Below, in pieces: positions 29,101-30,281 of a DNA stretch of 30,281 nucleotides (positions are counted from its first letter, which is position 1; each line of letters opens with the position of its first letter). The notes under the pieces were generated by a model. It ran no database searches and had not been told where the DNA came from. It was given only the letters and a program-made list of their open reading frames with translations. The stretch covers positions 1 to 30,281 of the forward strand of contig JBLINL010000001.1 in the NCBI GenBank assembly GCA_047639255.1, given 5' to 3'. Both the position numbers and the translations under genes were made by a program. Source of the DNA: Myxococcota bacterium (lineage in GTDB: Bacteria; Myxococcota_A; UBA9042; GCA-2863065).

Positions 29101-30281
29101 CGCGCCGGGCGCGCATGACACGCCATCGTTCTTCAGGCACGTTGTTCCGCCGCACGTATGCGCCGCGACGCAGTCCCCGCTGTCTCCCGAATCGCAGGTG
29201 AACCCCGTGCTCACCTTCGCCGCGCAGCTGCCCCCGATGCATGAGTTGGAGGCAGCCGTCGCGCAGTCGGCATTGACACTGCAGGCCGTCGCCAGCGACG
29301 CCCGGCACACCAGGGAATCGCACGTGTAGCCCGTCGCGCAGTCGTCGGTGGCGTCACAGTTCTGGCCCAGCCCCGTCTGGGTCACACAGGTCAGCCCCAC
29401 GCAGGTGTTCGTGCAATCGGCGTTGCCACCGCACACCTGGCCGTCCGAAAGGCCGCAGGTCAAGCCGATACACTCAGACCCCGAAACGCTGCAGTCCGCA
29501 GCCTCGTCGCACGGACTCGCGCCGCCCGACAGAACCGCGCAGGTGTCGGTGATACACGTTCCCGTGCAATCGAGGTTGACGCTGCATGGCCCGCCGGCCG
29601 GAAGCCCGCAGACGTTCGAGGCGCATTCCGAGTTCGCCACGCTGCAGTCTTCAAGCTCGTCGCATGCTTCGCCGGCGCCCGACAGCCCCGCGCACGCGTC
29701 GATGATGCAGCGACCGCTAAAGCAATCGTCGTTCGTGCCGGGCGCGCATGACACGCCATCGTTCTTCAGGCACGTCGTGCCGCCGCACGTATGCGCCGCG
29801 ACGCAGTCCCCGCTGTCTCCCGAATCGCAGGTGAACCCCGTGCTCACTTTCGCCGCGCAGCTGCCCCCGATGCATGAGTTGGAGGCAGCCGTCGCGCAGT
29901 CGGCATTGACGCTGCAGGCCGTCGCCAGCGACGCCCGGCACACCAGGGAATCGCACGTGTAGCCCGTCGCGCAGTCGTCGGTGGCGTCACAGTTCTGGCC
30001 CAGCCCCGTCTGGGTCACACAGGTCAGCCCCACGCAGGTGTTCGTGCAATCGGCGTTGCCACCGCACACCTGGCCGTCCGAAAGGCCGCAGGTCAAGCCG
30101 ATACACTCAGACCCCGAAACGCTGCAGTCCGCAGCCTCGTCGCACGGACTCGCGCCGCCCGACAGAACCGCGCAGGTGTCGGTGATACACGTTCCCGTGC
30201 AATCGAGGTTGACGCTGCATGGCCCGCCGGCCGGAAGCCCGCAGACGTTCGAGGCGCATTCCGAGTTCGCCACGCTGCAGT
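11176..30281 (-). CDS. Giant Cys-rich/Ig-repeat surface adhesin fused to a TraB/OmpA-like outer-membrane barrel; 5'-truncated (>6365 aa)
   Basis: A single uninterrupted frame runs from beyond 30281 to the TAG at 11176-11178. The listed start (GTG 30273) is a Val inside a repeat. The modular domain series is listed in the following features. Confidence 0.92.
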   Translation of the reverse strand, partial: CSVANSECASNVCGLPAGGPCSVNLDCTGTCITDTCAVLSGGASPCDEAADCSVSGSECIGLTCGLSDGQVCGGNADCTNTCVGLTCVTQTGLGQNCDATDDCATGYTCDSLVCRASLATACSVNADCATAASNSCIGGSCAAKVSTGFTCDSGDSGDCVAAHTCGGTTCLKNDGVSCAPGTNDDCFSGRCIIDACAGLSGAGEACDELEDCSVANSECASNVCGLPAGGPCSVNLDCTGTCITDTCAVLSGGASPCDEAADCSVSGSECIGLTCGLSDGQVCGGNADCTNTCVGLTCVTQTGLGQNCDATDDCATGYTCDSLVCRASLATACSVNADCATAASNSCIGGSCAAKVSTGFTCDSGDSGDCVAAHTCGGTTCLKNDGVSCAPGANGDCFSGRCIIDACAGLSGAGEACDQLEDCSVTDSECFGQTCGLPDAQGCSADSDCTNTCVLSVCVPKTGQDQGCEDSADCSPGFECEATVCRASLGGTCGVNTDCADPESNTCIGTECAPKLVAGFACDIGDCIAGYTCDGGSCRVSSGGACDIDPICMLGHICEGDVCLVSVGNACVANTECSGPGVNSCINSSCAARATTTQSCDAGDSGDCVDTHSCSASDTCLKNNGQACTGNDQCIFDVCLIAECAIHSPTFGACDEDADCVGGHTCSAGQCFRDNGLACSDNSQCLNVCVVPSGATVGTCSNISGTQGSCDEIADCEVDHNCTANTCGLVDGQACTGNDQCQNQCLAGQCGGDSGTLGGCNVTTDCQAGHNCVSEKCLLVNAQSCTSNAQCESSACLPNQPPDGTLTCGPLSGFNGVCDEDSDCALPTLSCVGSTCLKNDGEGCTGNPECAATCINSSCAPLSDTNANCDLDDDCLSVHTCTGGECLRNDGQVCESDSQCNTNQCVADKCGSGSGVGDFCADDTDCADSLNTVCATGACRYKDTLACNDDTDCQNTCINSFCGPFSSFGQPCDADADCSGSGAGVVCGTGGTCGFPLGNTCQGVLAADKNNSCVETCVANTCVTSPVLLGTCDDTLDCPVNQACQAGQCRKVDEEDCPQGDNECVAVCIGGNCAPRAGLDGACDAGVDAHCIDDYTCASLSNTCKRNDGLACNDNAQCLNVCIGSFCVAQSGTLASCDQDEDCTSVHTCSAGPQKTCLLKDDESCSANDQCANVCIGELCGQASALDSQCDADDDDDCADSTLECSAGTCKSKNGESCSGNTDCTNTCIGSQCAAKSETGQLCDNETVPDTSDCADGHTCTVVDSGPQCLLDDAGACDTNDECVNTCIHSVCASLGGTNEICDETSDCVAQHICDCAGAPTCLPEVKQCLKANGEDCDDNAECSGGACIGDKCSAKATTNQDCDVADDDDCETSNLCIEAKCKKSGGSCTMNSECVFTCRGGACTALSGTNGECDSSAAPDDDDDCEANHSCVGAPAECLRQNGQSCTLDSQCEAQCIGVTCASKSLDSGPCDDVADCASQADISCPSGVCIRDDGAGCDANTDCINTCIASECALPAPFGQPCDVNQAADDCADTNTVCTVGSTGAAQCGFDNGLSCQGVGDAEKNTSCIGTCVGGFCTSSVGLGNVCDIEDDADCGASRTCDGGVCRVAVGAACVGGTSSDKDVNCKGTCIDELCKAVSGKDGDCDDVADCQAGFVCTANICVDVDECGAGGGNNCHANANCANSEPGFSCACNAVGNGTNGGYVDAVGSEPGTQCVFACISDATKCSELETDPCTVNVCDASQGCIYIPTNSGPGCGPDLVIQVDGLPTVKPGPGELIQTTVKYRNSGTAPATGLVVTQTLDPLGNATFDPTNSSDGWQCAGNKCHFAVVQSVAADNQTSDGIDFALRVKDPIPGCDATATYSARVDDQVNDGNQTAQNVKAAVIDLAAGGDLELSALSDATTEDDGSQTVVMEDPFTVTFTYENKGCNNMDNATLEVTLPRGVAVLENSIGNCDVGNPPVALAAETICTLALNLVPTTGSPTQKVVALKIVEGQLASSATSIRVTGRVTGTSLNGEAELNSGNNVKFVDLNIQPGPDLSVAITKPLGSAQPGQTLNWLIDYTNFGNEDAVTAIIDLKVPSATTFDISSNLWSCCDCDSEASCLSGCVSETDYSTAGVFSAGSKCQLNLGTLSPGQAGNSIVSVVTDADLNNESGITLAATISSALTDAPDLDSTNNSSSEEISTGQAPDLVVSELSGDPVAPIGFAHPVAESAWNITLDNKGQAAATDDVELTVTIPGVLSNGKSFSFATVIGDWASCSGKKNECTISLPDIPQEDPAAPSSNNTVLDALKLDVPPLPADFEKVTVTAAVSTTQVELNETNNSNVAEAYITAPTPSYNFVITSETDPVEPGDTLGFKLTVTNTGPIAASAVSVSATIDPNAVFKSSVLAAIDWSGCNGTKCDSDPRDFLPGVATEMVLPLAIKSSVTKGAETIATTASFTVDSQPFEATKSVVLTASPQLQVVYIATPDPAQAGDSVTWTASVSNAGNQDATATVRVGVDESVLSVPGGQVWSLVSGSAEPKLYERTVSLNAQASQDLLLQTTVTNPILAGTEVVTSSAQLWDGVSTTEPPDHTDNASVVLDASPDLSMTSRLLYGPENTVPALEWTTGTVIEPKSALDLEVTVAQADGQTQRPGTVTVTIDIPQHTEVDEPVETEWVCPGGESTCSIVVDLGSPVKKLRLKVVDTLPLPSAGETSVTATFTGSVTHSDNDGEDANPADNIAASMMVPLAGAPELRIKSALSDPSSSVSQGVALSYTITVENTGTQASVGDKLWLIVPADVTALPTTDWSCDSGTPNVVCETTLGPVGGPAVDLATATLPAQVSDSLLPETTEIIAYAVIGETKPTVGPDPYPCDAGCSVIDTSTSTSLKLSVVTGQTTVVPGGTVTLSIETENKGDGSITGKVEVAFGSDVVTLVEGQSSWTGSAGVFESETIIATADEPAVTLSLIVRVTDPVGVGVESLDPSVQFLVLSSVEAEAELAAPIGITASPEVVVSYPGTTDNATIELQPADNVTLAWTVTNDASAKQAAQPTFTLTVPSYTRYVGVEEGWQCPDGVDAGDVCTLALSDTIAPGQSVTPNVTTTLEVLSPLVYDADNATVVITAFDDNLTFSSDERVLDFDATPALFFRETGVQFENYPPGGSVQYILEYRNYKAGSPAEHAKQSDRLTLRATFDETLADVAPEFATDWVTDPGQPNTVKRTLSRLFPSEVYLDEGFALVLKESLPGGTNQLQVTFTLEDDQGHAANESVVVTVGVNAAATLKLDFEPYDQAAPPASTTYERTLTVTNEATFTVNGVQLLICTPAHDVKNGGVTVTLQSNDNETGGTMVQATPGSFECDGRLIDLGVDGTMEKQEVLHYDLAYALTDTFAAEGGGQITGLVKALDQDNATLLSQQFEQALGGGIGPFTVVATPSEVATTPDATVTWELVISNTGDQGVAAAPVSLQVLGAGGGLLGLPEGNTTMECSDATSSCTDSVQVEGVASQTVSFRATADAFIPTPDGGTMKVTVQVNGTPVPDADCQGCAIPITGADQVTLAPTTPQGSEVLAGELFVYAFTLQNLGDQAPASDRIQLSLTNAIINDVDWVCNSSSDICTLVVPELSAGKTEASVTVSVLVDAQPESSQVVVQHSLGTQQFADWTGAINTAPKVALAAQAPPLVGIEPGSLFDCEFLVTNSGSASTTTQPDEETTYTVVANAGFGPPVEGFVPLAALDPENGPLNGWTQDQDGAFRKTAPAVAPGESAVVTLPLILLDPLPSIAVGVSAAEIVCRGYATSSACGNTVADDCLCGHGGPSAANCHAPIGTVQGAQPILTVTAGADALNAEGTGAKRGQTRTQQVTIRNDGNLSIDNVWLCASLVAVGGTVGCDTTCLSWGQESTPPPGHTSPCQGDDLSWFSGSLAGDSAGAVDPEATTLDIALPLELASGTFELSIYAASSDDPGTPHTPGQVSIEIDPVVPVVSIALSDTTSRGALISRLPGSYVPGSVAYDLFGFDTLDNATLTLALESVDGSQEPLDISIVAAGELAGCASAPECSIQVSNSGSVAFAVAIAGTTTARSHARLVASLTWSGGNAELFPSSSRVIGTYPCGAVESAATAPDPAEWTLGEYEAQFDLAASLAHDGEPVLEFEFQVVNPGADGDALSVAAEVGAKETLAPQILLKTADGTGSLSLAGLDDFVDDTQPLTVAFQVPASSEVLLERVWWTTDGDNDTAENAKYSLEELVAAIDDHTELSPILNVAGFDGAAAGCDQFWDLDGDGFAGKTGSVGLQLPAGFGAQPDCNDADPQLTVGAYCQPCEFAYTFDNGWQGWRTTPDADPPWPAGTITTTSDGEPTGITLTLNGLDGMPEPQLVMLAEVAGTTSVMVGVCLSKVPLTPLECANGPAGEPPHVVFKPIANSVQTPFGLKPQLWSGEKDTLPLKPPEGTPAYITIFAGGAANTTVQIHSVKIWSDGDTLADPAGPKAFEQFGPSVVCPALDAEGEPLEQDDCYDPDGDGYCSIEWSSVVPGTDCNDGNPDVPTQSALTECAIVGNQDCDGFVNDRDDDDCFVCGDGVAQKGEQCDHGIPGGKSSGCKTNCMLQTGDGARLVFTEFKLDPDGKLQWVELFNGTGAEIELVRAGLKIQWDDDVIDLHPDCAPTIPATGEWVLAKDDFLVLDFSTDGQPPLGVDAFDGTLYCPRPSDALSSLQLTVESLDVAASEELVDGLTMSELPGPEQACLYDGGKGGRTIQFLGSEVADANNAWSKWCLSKEASLGTRGDTNSCGEAACDGLDDDCNGKVDDDTIDTDSDGVCDVLDVLTDEDCEGEGGFEVAKDKLGLDGEQWFAVLAMFDMPENLDNPCDADNETSEGCKVVCKELAKGCSSLEGDNQTHSCVDLCNDTDQDGYSATMPAPGLQLDCPSLGQPDGLSNAGHLDCNDDNETVYPGQGCEGRSCADPKIVRCGDIFTLSIMKGNDHFACLNGEAGSGEDVIVAYEYRDTESEQLDDSGSLDVAFKLTASGFALNQFTTALCPESQCDTTKIEATSECDQDPEPLQASFVPVHDGDTRHVVIENLGCSSVALDDVVLTVSCGAQEFACTNGLDDDADGKVDCDDEDCAEQHPACADQDWDGDGASNMHERLCQDALSICPPMACPGNYVGDKAGPLAELGGKLPLPKTRESQDEFNQAFRPTDKALEDFDSDGILNCADEDADGDSIPNVDEFPGAEQGKTNWLNPDTDGDGLSDGLELLLAGGDGNNQTGSADSDDDDLSDGVEYGSCYQLLDSGECKKTDWDNDDTDGDGLNDGFEDKNSNGIVDAGESNPTMEDSDGDGWGDGDEYACGTLLDDPLSAPTPSFTGALCAELELDTDGDSVSDALELKCGTNPKDNTETPGADSLADIDSDGELGCQDLDDDGDGVYDVGEIICGYDPLDPASQPPELDDVLDHDKDGTLNCVDLDYDGDGLSDEQECNLKTSPVDADSDNDGLSDGVEMILGTDPLNGDSDGDTVCDGTEYGLTDLDIANSVVGGDTLSPPGGARTDKCPPDAETPDDPAAEEDPDAEGDPLAPAVCTSFVSDRDPTTTTDPGRADTDGDGRSDGEEDWNQDGMVGGVPHPTLVGQTIVSCTSLWETAKVTLCVSWCEFDPTDPKDILADFDADGLSNIEECGFHLPSENEPVPSGVPSWPGTHTDELNPDTDGDGLFDGFEVNGVRTDPLKVDTDDGGVPDGAEVAAGTNPNLSGDDFKAGQLSGSGSEPASCGSQPRVGAEAAGLMLFTLLFVVLMLGSRSSRKWLCIFLLLIPAPADAQEAEKVNLSTWTTHGGPYRIWTLEQSPPGPHLQPYGSIQFRVETDSVRLDVEGFSQEVLPLQVLADLNLGVGLFGWVQIDMALPLVLEAQGGGTPSGVADFSGAGLGDLVLRVRTRLLDNRAGGAGLGLTVGASAPTGNDGGFRSDIGFGILTTFIFDFRAPRFTTALNVGARFRTYPSKLFDTIVDHDLTFGAGFEVDAWRGYLDLAVEVFGRTELVAPFQEKRATTLELVAGPRIRLFRELELQLAAGGGILLGRGAPRFRGLVSLVWVPQEPDPDLDLVLAFADRCPIQPEDRDGYRDGDGCPDEDDDGDGIPDSRDACPRIAEDFNLDRDEDGCPDADHDGDGRVDVHDRCPYEPEDVDNFQDADGCPDPDNDNDAIIDLFDQCPLRAETYNGYRDEDGCPDAREKNIGYCLPECAQTIGSVLIPFSETDRRDPKPTDTARPQETDWILRSLQLGEMAATLAAIKGNSLIEGIDVVGYAVETERKRFEAAQLRVPASKVAWARAHAVVALLNKAEVHLPLSVKHDRQPRKCEQQHGGVEFRLRMKPGSCARHDARQCPQRAEVLDTCPSPKAARVRELPVDN
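11296..11665 (-). other. Degenerate OmpA-C-like domain of the giant protein
   Basis: IPF...LAAIKGNSLIEGIDVVGYAVETE...VAWARAHAVVALL...HGGVEFRL aligns by eye with F...V.IEGHTD...LSxxRAxAVxxYL...NRRVEF. It follows barrel plus TSP3 repeats, as in myxobacterial OmpA/TraB proteins. Confidence 0.6.
11718..12120 (-). repeat. Four 33-aa thrombospondin type-3-like Ca-binding repeats
   Basis: DPDLD...DRCPIQPEDRDGYRDGDGCPD; DDDGDGIPDSRDACP...DEDGCPD; DHDGDGRVDVHDRCP...DADGCPD; DNDNDAIIDLFDQCP...DEDGCPD. Confidence 0.85.
12121..12936 (-). other. Outer-membrane beta-barrel domain (TraB/myxobacterial OmpA-family type)
   Basis: About 270 aa of alternating amphipathic strands (LADLNLGVGLFGWVQIDMALP, GLGDLVLRVRTRLL, ALNVGARFR, LDLAVEVFG, LELVAGPRIRL), ending GRGAPRFRGLVSLVWVP. 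Confidence 0.8.
12937..13110 (-). other. Internal MYXO-CTERM-like segment immediately followed by a signal-peptide-like segment
   Basis: GQLSGSGSEPAS-C-GSQPRVGAEAAGLMLFTLLFVVLMLG-SRSSRK-WLCIFLLLIPAP-ADA|QEAEK. The Cys codon is at 13078-13080 and the AxA site ends at 12937. Confidence 0.65.
13140..15060 (-). repeat. Array of about 20 DxDxDG-type (bacterial TSP3-like) Ca-binding motifs
   Basis: Repeated DTDGDGLSDGLE, DSDGDGWGDGDE, DSDNDGLSDGVE, DTDGDGLFDGFE and DTDDGGVPDGAE motifs. Confidence 0.8.
15995..16530 (-). other. Lamin-tail-like (LTD) beta-sandwich domain
   Basis: RLVFTEFKLDPDGKLQWVELFNGTGAEIEL...WC...SLGTRGDTNSC matches the usual LVITE...EWxELxN...GTPGxxN pattern. Confidence 0.6.
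16549..16635 (-). repeat. Myxococcus-type Cys-rich repeat unit
   Basis: VCGDGVAQKGEQCDHG...GCKTNC. It is flanked by DxDGDG...DCND metal-binding-type motifs (about 16640-16810, 17400-17520, 15500-15650) and by CDGLDDDCNGKVDD (about 15940-15981). Confidence 0.7.
18010..25002 (-). repeat. About 17 divergent DUF11/CARDB-like Ig modules
   Basis: The pattern PDLxVxxx...PGxxVTxTxTVxNxG recurs about every 125-140 aa (e.g. GPDLSVAITKPLGSAQPGQTLNWLIDYTNFG, PQLQVVYIATPDPAQAGDSVTWTASVSNAG, APELRIKSALSD...LSYTITVENTG). Confidence 0.75.
25127..25290 (-). other. Calcium-binding EGF-like module
   Basis: CVDVDECGAGGGNNCHANANCANSEPGFSCACN...YV...GTQC. Confidence 0.8.
25290..30281 (-). repeat. Cys-rich repeat region (about 25-aa 4-Cys units, paired into 51-56-aa 8-Cys modules)
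   Basis: Continuous C-x5-C-x3..7-C-x4-C pattern over about 1660 aa, continuing past the right edge. Confidence 0.9.
29009..30281. repeat. Near-identical 633-bp in-frame tandem duplication (at least 2 copies, third beginning at the edge)
   Basis: 29009-29641 vs 29642-30274 show 7 substitutions by manual comparison. 29279-29648 is identical to 29912-30281. A third copy begins at 30275. Confidence 0.95.

Noticed and set aside
11269-29962. Long plus-strand ORFs (11269-12396, 12365-13348, 16591-18051, 21637-22722, 25945-26808 and others)
   Set aside because: They lie fully antisense to the giant CDS. Stop scarcity is explained by codon bias of the sense gene, and they have no domain signatures.
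30271-30273. GTG as the start of the giant protein
   Set aside because: It is the Val of the repeated DCSVANSEC unit. The frame stays open to the edge and no signal peptide is present.
29009-30281. Repeats as a CRISPR array or mobile element
   Set aside because: The unit is 633 bp, in frame and coding, with no spacers, terminal inverted repeats or transposase.

Overview
GC-rich bacterial DNA, most likely Myxococcota-like. That taxonomy is inferred only from protein motifs (MYXO-CTERM-like anchor, myxobacterial Cys-rich repeats, TraB-like barrel). Almost all real genes are on the minus strand. In transcription order they are: (1) a giant, 5'-truncated surface-protein gene (>19 kb, >6365 aa, open past the right edge); (2) after a 61-nt gap, a translationally coupled T6SS run tssJ-tssK-tssL-tssM-tssA; (3) a small oppositely oriented gene; (4) a 697-aa HExxH metallopeptidase-like protein; (5) a further minus-strand gene that runs off the left edge and is missing from the ORF track. 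The giant protein carries hierarchical Cys-rich repeats including a near-identical 633-bp tandem duplication, one Ca-binding EGF-like module, about 17 divergent DUF11/CARDB-like Ig modules, a lamin-tail-like domain and many DxDxDG Ca-binding repeats. These are followed by an internal MYXO-CTERM-like TM directly abutting a signal-peptide-like segment, a beta-barrel, four TSP3 repeats and a degenerate OmpA-like domain. No sheath, Hcp, baseplate wedge, ClpV, VgrG or PAAR genes, and no RNA genes, CRISPR arrays or mobile elements, are visible. The main candidate novelty is a TraA/TraB-like giant adhesin polyprotein placed directly in front of, and probably co-transcribed with, T6SS membrane-complex genes. 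All family assignments come from motif recognition by eye, not from database searches.
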